A DNA stretch of 64,000 nt from an uncultured virus (IMG/VR IMGVR_UViG_3300028581_001913). Taxonomy: Duplodnaviria > Heunggongvirae > Uroviricota > Caudoviricetes. The stretch lies in IMG/VR virus record IMGVR_UViG_3300028581_001913; one strand, 5' to 3'. The first letter of the stretch is position 1. The number at the start of each line of letters is the position of its first letter. A program made the position numbers and the translations under genes. The notes under the pieces were generated by a model that saw only the letters and a list, made by a program, of their open reading frames with translations, had not been told where the DNA came from and searched no databases. Below are positions 49,417 to 58,130 of this stretch, piece after piece.

Positions 49417-49770
49417 ATGAACATTATATTTGGAGATGCACTGGACTCACTGCCCGACAACTACACTGTGTTGGAGCTGGATACTTTTGTGTTGCCGCCC
49501 GACGGGGCAACTCGTACCAGTTATTGTGTGATAGAAAAAATGCCATTGACTGATTTTCCAATGATGGAAGCCTTTATCAAGGTGCACACGGACATGATGC
49601 AGGCCTATAGAGATCAGAATTGGGACTATTGTTTGCATGCCATCAGTGGATTGACTGGACGTTGGAATGGAGAATTAGACAGTTTCTACTCCAACTTGTT
49701 ACAACGTGTGGAAAACTATCAAGCCAACACACCAGGTAATGATTACACTGGTTTTGTAGACAAACGCTGA
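49417..49770 (+). CDS. Hypothetical protein
   Basis: AAGGA SD, 117 aa. Confidence 0.6.
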   Translation: MNIIFGDALDSLPDNYTVLELDTFVLPPDGATRTSYCVIEKMPLTDFPMMEAFIKVHTDMMQAYRDQNWDYCLHAISGLTGRWNGELDSFYSNLLQRVENYQANTPGNDYTGFVDKR

Positions 49771-50912
49771 AGTCCAGTCCGAAGAGCGTCAAAATATTCA
49801 TCGTCGGCAGTGAGTGGTGCAAACACCTTGACGCTGGTATCTCCCCACAGTGCAGCCGAGAATTTTGCAACTCTGCATAGCTCTGCAAAAGATATCACAC
49901 GATCAAAATCAAAAGACATGAAAGTATTGGCTCCGCGACAGTTGAGATCGAGTTCAGTGGCGATGTCTTTTAATCTTTGATGTATTTGGGCAGCCTGTGG
50001 AAGCAAGGTTAGTATCTGTTGTGTAGCACACAACGCCGCTGCTACTCCAGACATGTTGGGCTGCCAGGTATGTCCGTGAGACCAATTTTGGGTGTCTATT
50101 TGTGCAAGTACTTTTTCGTTGCAGCAGGCTGCCCCCAATGGTGAATATCCATTGGTCAAAGATTTTCCAATGGTACATATATCCGGTTGTATACCATAAG
50201 GTTCATATCCAAACATAGTGCCATTTGTGCCCCAACAAAATGCCACATCGTCTACTATCATTAATACATCGTGTTCTGTGCAGATGTTTCGTACACTTTG
50301 CCAATATTCTGTGCTATGAGGGGCCACGTGCATAGCCCAGCTTACGGTTTCCATGATCAAACATCCAATATCAGGATTTTCTTTCAGAGTTTTTTGAATA
50401 CGAGCTAAAGTGAGTTTTTCTTGTCCATGCTGTTGGTATTGATATTGCCAACTGGGACTGGGTATCAACACTGATCGATTGAGGTACTCGTATTGACCAC
50501 GCAGATGTTTTGCCAACATGGTGGTTCCGTGATAACTACCGGCAAAGCTGAGTACCTTGTGCTTTTTGAGACCACGAGTTTGCCAGTAGGTATCGTTCAT
50601 GGCCATGGCAGCTTCCACAGCATCTGATCCACTTACGGCCCAGGTCAATGCAGCCCATTGTCCCAATTCACAAATTAATTTTACCAATTTTTTGTTGTCA
50701 GCAGATGTTTCACCGGTGTTGCCACGTATGAAATTCACTGGATTGTTGGCCACAGCAGTGGTTATTTCATTGTTTTGATAGCCTAAGATATAGGCCATGT
50801 TGCCACACTGTATGTCTAAACAACGTTGACCATTGGAATAGTGTATCCATGAACCTTGAGTGTGAGTTACTGTTTTTTCCCGTTCACCGGGCGACCAAAA
50901 TTTTATTTCCAT
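49743..50912 (-). CDS. Class III PLP-dependent aminotransferase
   Basis: SGSDAVEAA, SYHGTT, IVDDV, PDICTIGKSL and HGHT. Confidence 0.85.
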   Translation of the reverse strand: MEIKFWSPGEREKTVTHTQGSWIHYSNGQRCLDIQCGNMAYILGYQNNEITTAVANNPVNFIRGNTGETSADNKKLVKLICELGQWAALTWAVSGSDAVEAAMAMNDTYWQTRGLKKHKVLSFAGSYHGTTMLAKHLRGQYEYLNRSVLIPSPSWQYQYQQHGQEKLTLARIQKTLKENPDIGCLIMETVSWAMHVAPHSTEYWQSVRNICTEHDVLMIVDDVAFCWGTNGTMFGYEPYGIQPDICTIGKSLTNGYSPLGAACCNEKVLAQIDTQNWSHGHTWQPNMSGVAAALCATQQILTLLPQAAQIHQRLKDIATELDLNCRGANTFMSFDFDRVISFAELCRVAKFSAALWGDTSVKVFAPLTADDEYFDALRTGLQRLSTKPV

Positions 50913-50942
50913 GCTTGTAATTAGCAGCCTAGAAATTACGTG

Positions 50943-51239
50943 TTAAATTTCAGGACTGCTTCCGGTCTTGTCTTCACCAGCACCTAACACACAGGCTATT
51001 CTAGTGTCATATTCTATCATGGTCCATGAACGAGTTTCTCGATTCATCATTAATGTGATATAAGTGTTGTGTACTGATTTTCCAACCCAGACTGGTGTTT
51101 CTTTGTGTGTATCTACAAAATAGTTTATCACGCTTTGTGCGTCTGAACACTTCATTGGTTTGGTTAGATCGATAATCTTTTGGGCGTGGGCTATAGAGCT
51201 GATTAGGCAGAATAACAACGCCACTGCTGTATTTTTCAT
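50943..51239 (-). CDS. Small exported protein
   Basis: Signal peptide ending AHA, and two Cys in the mature part. Confidence 0.6.
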   Translation of the reverse strand: MKNTAVALLFCLISSIAHAQKIIDLTKPMKCSDAQSVINYFVDTHKETPVWVGKSVHNTYITLMMNRETRSWTMIEYDTRIACVLGAGEDKTGSSPEI

Positions 51240-51264
51240 AGTGGCTTCTCCTGTGTGATATTTA

Positions 51265-52263
51265 TTACACAACAGGCACTAGATTATCTCTAAAAATTTC
51301 CCATGCATTGCGCCATGACCAACGCTGACTGCCGTCCCACACACGATGTCTGGGCAAAAACAAGCAATCTGTTACTGCTTGCTTCAAGTAAGGATTCATG
51401 CATCCTGTGATACCTTCGTCTATCACATCCAAGGGACCGGTGGCAGGATACGCAGCCACCGGAGTACCGCAGGCCATGGCTTCGATCATCACAATGCCAA
51501 ACGTTTCCCACTGGCTGGGAAACACAAACACATCTGCCAGATTGTAGTAGTAGGCTAGATCAGCACCGGTTTTGAATCCCACAAACTCCACATCAGGGTA
51601 ACGTGATTGCAACTCTGCACGATACGGTCCATCGCCTACCAAGATCTTGCGTGAGTTGTGATAACTCATGCCACAAAAATCATCCAAGTTCTTTTCTCGG
51701 CTGACTCTTGACACACATACCAAGGTGGTCTTTGCATTGGGCAAGCGTTCTCTAGGATAGAATATTTCTCTATCCACGCCACGAGTCCATGGTATGATGT
51801 CACCGTCAAAGCCGTGCTGGCGCAACTCCTGGACCATGGTTTCAGTTGTGGTCAGCACCTTGCCCGAGTGTTTGTGGAACCAACGCACTAGAGGCCAAGT
51901 AATGGCTTCAGGTATGCCAAACAGTTTTCTAAGTCCTTCTGGAAATTTAGTATGATAAGCAGTGTTGTAGCGATAATGATGTTTGTCAAGATATTGTCTA
52001 ACACGCAGACCCACAGGACCCTCAGTGGCGATGTGGATATGATCCGGACGGATCTCCTCAAGTATCGGGCCCACATTCCGGGGAAGGGCAATCTTGACTT
52101 CGTTGTAGCCAGGGCAATCAAAGTAGCGGAACCGCCTGGGATCAAGATATACAACACGATAGTTGTCGCGAATCGCATGCGCCTCAATATTTTTATAGGT
52201 TGTAACCACGCCATTGATCTGATCCGGTAAGTTGTCTGTAACGATCAAGATTGTTTTTGACAT
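51265..52263 (-). CDS. GT4 glycosyltransferase, Agt-like (glycosyl/glucuronosyl-diacylglycerol synthase)
   Basis: IVTD..QINGVV, HIATEGPVG, YHTKFPE, WFH, RGVD, ETFGIVMIEAMACGTPVAAYP. Downstream of a plcP-like gene. Confidence 0.8.
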   Translation of the reverse strand: MSKTILIVTDNLPDQINGVVTTYKNIEAHAIRDNYRVVYLDPRRFRYFDCPGYNEVKIALPRNVGPILEEIRPDHIHIATEGPVGLRVRQYLDKHHYRYNTAYHTKFPEGLRKLFGIPEAITWPLVRWFHKHSGKVLTTTETMVQELRQHGFDGDIIPWTRGVDREIFYPRERLPNAKTTLVCVSRVSREKNLDDFCGMSYHNSRKILVGDGPYRAELQSRYPDVEFVGFKTGADLAYYYNLADVFVFPSQWETFGIVMIEAMACGTPVAAYPATGPLDVIDEGITGCMNPYLKQAVTDCLFLPRHRVWDGSQRWSWRNAWEIFRDNLVPVV

Positions 52264-52418
52264 TGTCCTTTTACCTTGAATGTTTTGAATTTTAACTCAT
52301 ATCGCATGGTCGTCAGCACCTGTTCGCAACTGAGCTGATTTGGGAAAACTAATTCTATTCTTCCGGGTTGATCTTGCGGATTCGTGCTGTGTACTGCTAT
52401 CAATATCATCAACCACAT
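52245..52418 (-). CDS. Small 57-aa protein between plcP-like and agt-like genes
   Basis: AGGAG SD. MWLMILIAVHSTNPQDQPGRIELVF...GQCQKQS. Overlaps both neighbours. Confidence 0.5.
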   Translation of the reverse strand: MWLMILIAVHSTNPQDQPGRIELVFPNQLSCEQVLTTMRYELKFKTFKVKGQCQKQS

Positions 52419-53169
52419 TGTCAGTCTCCTGTGTCCATGTTATAATTTCCCATGTGCCGTCATGACGCTCTACTAACGCTGTACATGATTCTACCCAGTC
52501 GCCGTCATTCATGTATGCCACGCCATCTATGTTTTTGATTTCTGCGTGATGTATGTGTCCGCAGATCACACCATCAAATCCTCGCTTGCGACAGTAATCA
52601 GCAAGATTGTGTTCAAAGTGAAATATAAAGTCTACTGCTTTTTTGACCCGATGTTTAAGGAACAGGCTAAGGCTAAAGTACCCAAAACCAAAACGATGAC
52701 GAATCCAATTGATCCTAGTGTTGAGTCCAAGAATGAAATCATATGCTTTGTCTCCCAACATGGCCAACCACGGCGCCAATCTAGTGATGCCGTCAAACAT
52801 GTCACCATGCACCACAAGATAATGCCGACCGTCTGCACCTATGTGTTCTGTTTGATTTACCAATTCAATTATGCCAAACCCAATGCCATACTGCATGAAA
52901 GGTCTTAGAAACTCGTCGTGATTACCAGCCACATATACAACCCTAGTACCGCGCTTGCTATGGCCCAGCACACGACGAATAACATTAGTGTGCGACTGTT
53001 TCCAGCGCCATTTGTTTTGTTTGATTTTCCAGGCATCAATTATGTCTCCCACAAGATACAATGTTTCGCAGGTGTTGTGTTTGAGGAAGTTGTTGAGTTT
53101 GTCAGCCTGGCAATCTTTGGTACCAAGGTGTACATCGCTGATAAAAATTGAGCGATAGGTTTTTTGCAT
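52297..53169 (-). CDS. plcP: PlcP-like phospholipase C (LpxH-family metallophosphoesterase)
   Basis: FISDVHLG, LVGDIID, GNHDEFLR, HGDMFD, GHIH and GDWVESCTA. Adjacent to Agt-like GT4, with an upstream Pho-like box. Confidence 0.75.
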   Translation of the reverse strand: MQKTYRSIFISDVHLGTKDCQADKLNNFLKHNTCETLYLVGDIIDAWKIKQNKWRWKQSHTNVIRRVLGHSKRGTRVVYVAGNHDEFLRPFMQYGIGFGIIELVNQTEHIGADGRHYLVVHGDMFDGITRLAPWLAMLGDKAYDFILGLNTRINWIRHRFGFGYFSLSLFLKHRVKKAVDFIFHFEHNLADYCRKRGFDGVICGHIHHAEIKNIDGVAYMNDGDWVESCTALVERHDGTWEIITWTQETDNVVDDIDSSTQHESARSTRKNRISFPKSAQLRTGADDHAI

Positions 53170-53173
53170 CTAG

Positions 53174-53208
53174 TATTTACAAACACATGTGTTACAGTAA
53201 CGTTACAA
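53174..53208 (-). promoter_or_regulatory. Pho-box-like direct repeat plus TAAATA
   Basis: Minus strand reads TTGTAAC-GTTA-CTGTAAC, 11 nt, TAAATA, 4 nt, ATG. Confidence 0.65.
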
Positions 53209-53517
53209 TTTGTCTTGCCTAGATGCCTGTAGTTCTTGACGTAAAATTTTATAGTCTTCCAGCGTGGCAATTGAGGGCACAGTAGTCTTCATGTATGCAG
53301 GAGGCACAGTTTGCCATTCTGATTCACTCACACCGGCCACTATCATGGCAGTGTATTCGTGCCCATCGCTGGTATGCAGTTGCACTCGTTCAAATCCTTG
53401 TGGAGTCTTGGCTGCGTTCATACAGGCCTGTGCCAAAGCTCTAAGAGCTGCCGGGTCTGCTATGATGTGTAAATCTTGTCGGGGTTCATTGTGGGGATAT
53501 ATGTGTAGTCTAGCCAT
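53203..53517 (-). CDS. Hypothetical protein
   Basis: 104 aa, coupled to the stop of the DnaE-like gene. Confidence 0.6.
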   Translation of the reverse strand: MARLHIYPHNEPRQDLHIIADPAALRALAQACMNAAKTPQGFERVQLHTSDGHEYTAMIVAGVSESEWQTVPPAYMKTTVPSIATLEDYKILRQELQASRQDKL

Positions 53518-55193
53518 TATGTTATGTGCTCAATGTCCTTTAGGTTCATGCGTTTACTTTTGTACACTTTAACACATTCTGAACTGTTTGCATAGTCCAA
53601 ACGGCCTTTGCCCCACAAGATTGGTTGATCGCTGAAGGACATGGCATGTGGAACTATCACATCTAGATAACGGCCGTTGCCAGTGCCCAAGGTAGCAAAG
53701 GTTATGTAGTCTTTGGCGCCGCTTTTGAACACACGATAATTGGCTACCAGTCCCAGAAATTCTACTTCGCCTGGACGTCTTATTTCAGTGCAAGCAGGAA
53801 TAAAATTACTGCTGCTCCAACGACCAGTTCGTGCCAGTTCAGCACATTCTCCGCCTTGCATGGGTGCAGGCACTGCTCCGGCCAGTTTGGCTTCTTGATA
53901 ATACACCCAACTGCTGTAACTGCCTTCGCAGTGTTTCAAACAGGCTCGCCAGAACGCCTCAGGGTTGTGTGCCTTTTGGTAGGCCAAGGCCCAGATCAAT
54001 CTGCCCAAATTAGTGGCATGTGCCCGACACAGTCCAAAGTGACTGAGTTCACGCAGTGACGCCAACACAGTATCACGCTTTGGGTGGTCACCAATCAACT
54101 GCATAAACTCATAGATCTTTTCTTCATTGCGTTTGGCAAACGCTCTACGCCACATGTCAGCAGTGTACATGTCACAGTCCAATATGTCAGCTATCATGGT
54201 GATAGCATCATCTTCAAACACCACTGTGTCTTGTTGTATAGTGTCGGCACTCCAGTCTTGAAATGCACTGGCTTTACGTCGACCCTGTGTGGCCACTGGA
54301 CGTATCAGTGCAGTGGCCAGGGTACAGTCGCTCCGGCTCTTGACTTTGAGAGCTCTAAACAGTCTTTTCATGGCTGGACTTTCTCCCTGAGTCACACCCA
54401 ACACATCACCACGACCCAGCAGGTCACTGGTCTTCTCATCATGCTCGGGATAGTCTGTGAGTGGGCGTTGATCAATCTCCCACAGTTGACTCAGTCCACG
54501 ATTGGCCAGGATATCTATTTTGAAATGTTCAAGATCTTCAGTTTCGTGCTTGTCCAACAGGATTTGGTTGTTGCTATTGATCAGACTTTTGGGCACAGCA
54601 CGATCAAAAATTAAGATGCCACCGCAGTGTTTGGAAATACAGCGTTTTTTGCCCATGAGTTTGGCTGTGACTCGTTCGGCTTCTTTTATTTCTTCTGGAG
54701 GCAGTACCTGGCTGAATTCAAATCCACGTTTGAGTGTGCCTTTAGCTCCCAGCCTTTTGGCTGCTTCCCTCTTGGCTGACTTTTCTTTGTACATCACATA
54801 GTTGCTGACTCTGGCACTTTGTCCGGGCCAACGACGGAATATGCGATTCATCACAGTGGCCTGTTGCCAGTGCGGAAAATCAAGATCAATATCAGGAAGG
54901 TCGTCACGTTTGGGATTCATAAAACGTGCTATGGGAATGTTTTCTGCCACAGGATCTAGATCACTGATGCCCATGAGCCAGCATACCAGGCTTGAGCCTG
55001 CGGACCCTCGGGTGATATGTGGAATGTCTGTGGTAAGATCCAGTATTTCTCTCACACGCAGGAAATGTCGGGAAAAGTTTTGATCTCTAATTAGTTCTAG
55101 TTCTTCTGCCAGTCTGTGTGCGTATTTGGGATCTTGTGGTAATTCTCTTCTAAATTGTTTTACTAGTTGTTCAAGTTCTTTATATCTGTCCAT
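53517..55193 (-). CDS. PHP-less DnaE-like C-family DNA polymerase (~558 aa)
   Basis: RGSAGSSLVCW..GISDLDP, PDIDLDF, KHCGG, FKIDIL, ALIRP and RAHA. Start inferred at ATG 55193. Confidence 0.8.
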   Translation of the reverse strand: MDRYKELEQLVKQFRRELPQDPKYAHRLAEELELIRDQNFSRHFLRVREILDLTTDIPHITRGSAGSSLVCWLMGISDLDPVAENIPIARFMNPKRDDLPDIDLDFPHWQQATVMNRIFRRWPGQSARVSNYVMYKEKSAKREAAKRLGAKGTLKRGFEFSQVLPPEEIKEAERVTAKLMGKKRCISKHCGGILIFDRAVPKSLINSNNQILLDKHETEDLEHFKIDILANRGLSQLWEIDQRPLTDYPEHDEKTSDLLGRGDVLGVTQGESPAMKRLFRALKVKSRSDCTLATALIRPVATQGRRKASAFQDWSADTIQQDTVVFEDDAITMIADILDCDMYTADMWRRAFAKRNEEKIYEFMQLIGDHPKRDTVLASLRELSHFGLCRAHATNLGRLIWALAYQKAHNPEAFWRACLKHCEGSYSSWVYYQEAKLAGAVPAPMQGGECAELARTGRWSSSNFIPACTEIRRPGEVEFLGLVANYRVFKSGAKDYITFATLGTGNGRYLDVIVPHAMSFSDQPILWGKGRLDYANSSECVKVYKSKRMNLKDIEHIT

Positions 55194-55281
55194 TAAATGC
55201 TGCCTTAGTTGTTTTAGGAAAATACTTATGATATGATATTTTACCATGAGAAGATTTTGGTCATGTATACCGGATATAAAT

Positions 55282-55305
55282 CTGTAATATATGTGTTTAT
55301 AAATA
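55282..55305 (+). promoter_or_regulatory. Pho half-box plus TAAATA
   Basis: CTGTAAT, 11 nt (ATATGTGTTTA), TAAATA. Confidence 0.5.
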
Positions 55306-55310
55306 CTGCT

Positions 55311-55952
55311 GTGAAACCCACCATAGCCCTGTTCATCCATGATCCCCGATGCTCGGTACAGAGTGGCAATGGCATAATGCAAGCCTTGAGCAACAGCTAC
55401 AACTTCAAACTGTTCTCAAAAAATTGTGTGGAGGATGTTTTCTTCAATGATGTAGACATGATTGCAGTGCCTGGCGGATTTGGTGATGCTGACAGTTACG
55501 ACAATCTATTGCAACACAATGCTCCGGCGGTGCAAAAATTTGTGCAGGCCGGCGGCAGATATCTAGGCATCTGCATGGGCGCATACTGGGCAGGACTGCA
55601 CTATCTCAACATCTTGGATTCAGTAGATGCTGTGCAGTATATTCGTCGTCCAGGCTCAGATACACGCCGCCCACATGCCAAAGCTGTAGATGTGACCTGG
55701 CAGGGTCGACCTGATCGAATGTTTTTTTATGATGGATGCGCCTTAGTTGGAGATCAGAGCAAGTTTGAAACTGTGGCCACCTATGCCAATGGTGACGCCA
55801 TGGCCATTATACAAAACAGAATTGGCCTAATAGGATGTCACCCCGAAGCTGAACAATTTTGGTACAACGACTACTCTTGGATGCGCCGACACTGGGCAGG
55901 TGGGCACCGTCATCGGCTGCAACAGTTTGTTGACCAACTCATGCAGTCGTAA
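55311..55952 (+). CDS. BPL_N / class I glutamine-amidotransferase-like protein
   Basis: VPGG, YLGICMGAY and GCHPE. GTG start. Confidence 0.75.
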   Translation: MKPTIALFIHDPRCSVQSGNGIMQALSNSYNFKLFSKNCVEDVFFNDVDMIAVPGGFGDADSYDNLLQHNAPAVQKFVQAGGRYLGICMGAYWAGLHYLNILDSVDAVQYIRRPGSDTRRPHAKAVDVTWQGRPDRMFFYDGCALVGDQSKFETVATYANGDAMAIIQNRIGLIGCHPEAEQFWYNDYSWMRRHWAGGHRHRLQQFVDQLMQS

Positions 55953-55974
55953 AAAAAGGCCCTTCCGGGCCTTT
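55951..55974 (-). terminator. Intrinsic (probably bidirectional) terminator
   Basis: Minus strand AAAGGCCC-GGAA-GGGCC followed by a T run, between convergent genes. Confidence 0.85.
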
Positions 55975-56032
55975 AGTACTGGTTACGAGTTCCAGCGCCG
56001 CTCAATCGTTGCGGTCGGTTTAAAAATACAGT

Positions 56033-56590
56033 TTAGAAACTACGTGTGTAGCTCAAACGCCATGCATCTTTTTCTTCGTCACCGTAGCTGCGTGAAAAAC
56101 GCACAGCCACTGAATCTTTCTTGGTCAATGCATAACCCACTGTGGCATGCACACGACGAGTTTCGTAAGTGCTATTGACATCGCTGTCAATGGCATTGCG
56201 ATAACGTCCGCCAACATCACCAGTGAAGCCAGCAAACAACGGGAATTTCACACCTGCGTCAATAGCATAGTAACTAAAATGAGTTGTACTCTTGATGCTC
56301 TCGCCCAGGCGTCCGCCCAAGTAAAATGCGCCAAAAGATTTTCTAGCACGAGCTTCCAAGCCTGAACTGATTGTACCTGATCCCAGTGCAGTTTGGCTGG
56401 TACTGGTTTTGAGACTGTAGTCCCAACCCTCAGCAGCTTTGATACCAACTACCACTGCATTGGCAATGTTGTCGGCGCTGGTCGCGCGGTTTTCTTCTTC
56501 GCTGTACTCATAGGTGGCATAGCCTGTGGCAAATGCTGTACTGGTTGCAGCCACCAAAAGTGCGGCAGCGATTGCTTGGGTAAATTTCAT
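56033..56590 (-). CDS. Outer-membrane beta-barrel (porin-like) protein
   Basis: Signal peptide (AFA), amphipathic beta strands and C-terminal YTRSF. Confidence 0.75.
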   Translation of the reverse strand: MKFTQAIAAALLVAATSTAFATGYATYEYSEEENRATSADNIANAVVVGIKAAEGWDYSLKTSTSQTALGSGTISSGLEARARKSFGAFYLGGRLGESIKSTTHFSYYAIDAGVKFPLFAGFTGDVGGRYRNAIDSDVNSTYETRRVHATVGYALTKKDSVAVRFSRSYGDEEKDAWRLSYTRSF

Positions 56591-56683
56591 AGTTTCTCCT
56601 TTGTTAATTTACTGTATCATTGTAGATGTTTTATATAGCCATGTCAAGCAAACTGAACAATATTTCTGTGCATTGCATACTGA

Positions 56684-56718
56684 TATTTAAACACATTTAT
56701 GTTACAGTAGTGTTACAA
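56684..56718 (-). promoter_or_regulatory. Pho-box-like direct repeat plus TAAATA
   Basis: Minus strand reads TTGTAAC-ACTA-CTGTAAC, 11 nt, TAAATA. Confidence 0.65.
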
Positions 56719-56865
56719 TGATTTGACTTGTTTGTTCTTTTTGTCAGGGCCAAGAGACCTGGCTTCTTCCAACCGGCGCTCTGTGGCGGGGGTGTTTTGG
56801 GGAGGATGATACACGTGGTGTTTTTGGGGTTCGTGTCGTCGTGGGGCTCGTTTAAACCAACTCAT
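56713..56865 (-). CDS. Small basic protein (50 aa)
   Basis: AAGGA SD. MSWFKRAPRRHEPQKHHVYHPP...QVKSL. Confidence 0.5.
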   Translation of the reverse strand: MSWFKRAPRRHEPQKHHVYHPPQNTPATERRLEEARSLGPDKKNKQVKSL

Positions 56866-56924
56866 AGGCGGTTCCTTTGCAGGTCTAAATACTTATTGTG
56901 TGCGTTTGAAATATAAACTCCAGT

Positions 56925-58130
56925 TTAATTTTGTTGTAGCAGTTGGCGAATTGCAGCACGATGTTGACCGGTGCAATGCTGTCGCATTATGCCCATAGCT
57001 TGATCTAAATTGGTCTTGTACTCGTTTATTACTCGATCAAACAATCCATTGAAAAAACGATGTTTGTTACGCTGTGCAATCTCATGCAACTTTGTATGTA
57101 ACACTTGTTTAGCATCAACATCAAGATCAGCAATTCTTTTCATCTCTTGTATGATTGCTTTTAGGCGATCTTGGCTGTCGGCAATTGTGTCATAAGACTC
57201 ATCGATCAATTCAGCAAACGTTTCAAAACCGTAGGCCCTCAAGTATTGCAGGCTGCCAGCAGTAGCCGCCAGTATAAAAGGTTTGCCGCAGGCAATGGGT
57301 CTCAATGTTTTTTCTGTAAGGTGCCAACGGCTGTCATCAAACAGTGTCTCTAATACCACTTCTATACCAGTGGTATTGTAGTCATTGTTGTTATAGTCTG
57401 CACTAGCTGTGGCATTAGTTTGGTTTCCTGGCAGGTATTTTTCAATAAAATAATTTGAAATTTTTAAGTTATTGTTTTTAAAAACATGTTGTGTGTAGTG
57501 CTGTTCATCAACTGGATTGAATGCAGTGCGGACATGATTTAACAGTTGGTGATTTATCAGTTGCTCAACAAAATACAATCGATATTCTCTCGTGCCCGAC
57601 CAAGCACGGTTGTAAACTAAAAAATCTTGTTTGATGTTAGATAGATCAAAATTTAAGTTTGGGTCATGTTCAGCATATCTAAACCAATCATGCGCAATCA
57701 CTGCATGCCCCCAGTAATACACTGGCACAAATCCGTTTTTAGAGAACCATGTTACCGCTGCACTGCGTTGTTCTGAATGCAACAACATTGAAAGATCAAA
57801 TTGGTTTGAGCATACCAGTGCTCCTCTAATATATTGATCAGCATGGTAATCCAATAACAAATTGCATTGCAAAACGTCAAACCCAATGTCAAGTAGTACG
57901 TTTTTTGCAATATTTTTAATTTGATCTCTTGAATAAAAGTTGCTGATCAATGGTTCTTGATCGTGACACAACAACGGTGGATGATTCAAAAACTTAAATT
58001 TGGAGTAATTTTTCATGGGTGTGAGATCTTCAAGTTTTTTTGAACCATGTGGTAGCCAGCGATAAATTAGTAAATCATGGTTGACACAGTCATCCAGATA
58101 GTGGTATAATCTGTCTAAAGGAACACTCAT
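56925..58130 (-). CDS. Putative glycosyltransferase-like protein
   Basis: HDQEP, EVVLETLF, LTEKTLRPI..GKPF and IDESYD. Confidence 0.5.
   Translation of the reverse strand: MSVPLDRLYHYLDDCVNHDLLIYRWLPHGSKKLEDLTPMKNYSKFKFLNHPPLLCHDQEPLISNFYSRDQIKNIAKNVLLDIGFDVLQCNLLLDYHADQYIRGALVCSNQFDLSMLLHSEQRSAAVTWFSKNGFVPVYYWGHAVIAHDWFRYAEHDPNLNFDLSNIKQDFLVYNRAWSGTREYRLYFVEQLINHQLLNHVRTAFNPVDEQHYTQHVFKNNNLKISNYFIEKYLPGNQTNATASADYNNNDYNTTGIEVVLETLFDDSRWHLTEKTLRPIACGKPFILAATAGSLQYLRAYGFETFAELIDESYDTIADSQDRLKAIIQEMKRIADLDVDAKQVLHTKLHEIAQRNKHRFFNGLFDRVINEYKTNLDQAMGIMRQHCTGQHRAAIRQLLQQN
58081..58110 (+). promoter_or_regulatory. sigma70 promoter embedded in an antisense coding region
   Basis: TTGACA-18-TATAAT with extended TG. 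Confidence 0.6.

Noticed and set aside
52297..53169. Annotation as lipid A enzyme LpxH
   Set aside because: The GNHD motif, the adjacent Agt-like GT4 and the Pho-like box fit PlcP better. Not formally excluded without a phylogeny.
55194..55382. N-terminal extension of the DnaE-like ORF (621-aa version)
   Set aside because: It overlaps the divergent promoter and the BPL_N-like gene. Polymerase-like sequence starts near ATG 55193.
56713..56865. Possible frameshift at CCCCAAAAA in the small ORF
   Set aside because: A recount gives a continuous 50-aa frame, so no shift is required.
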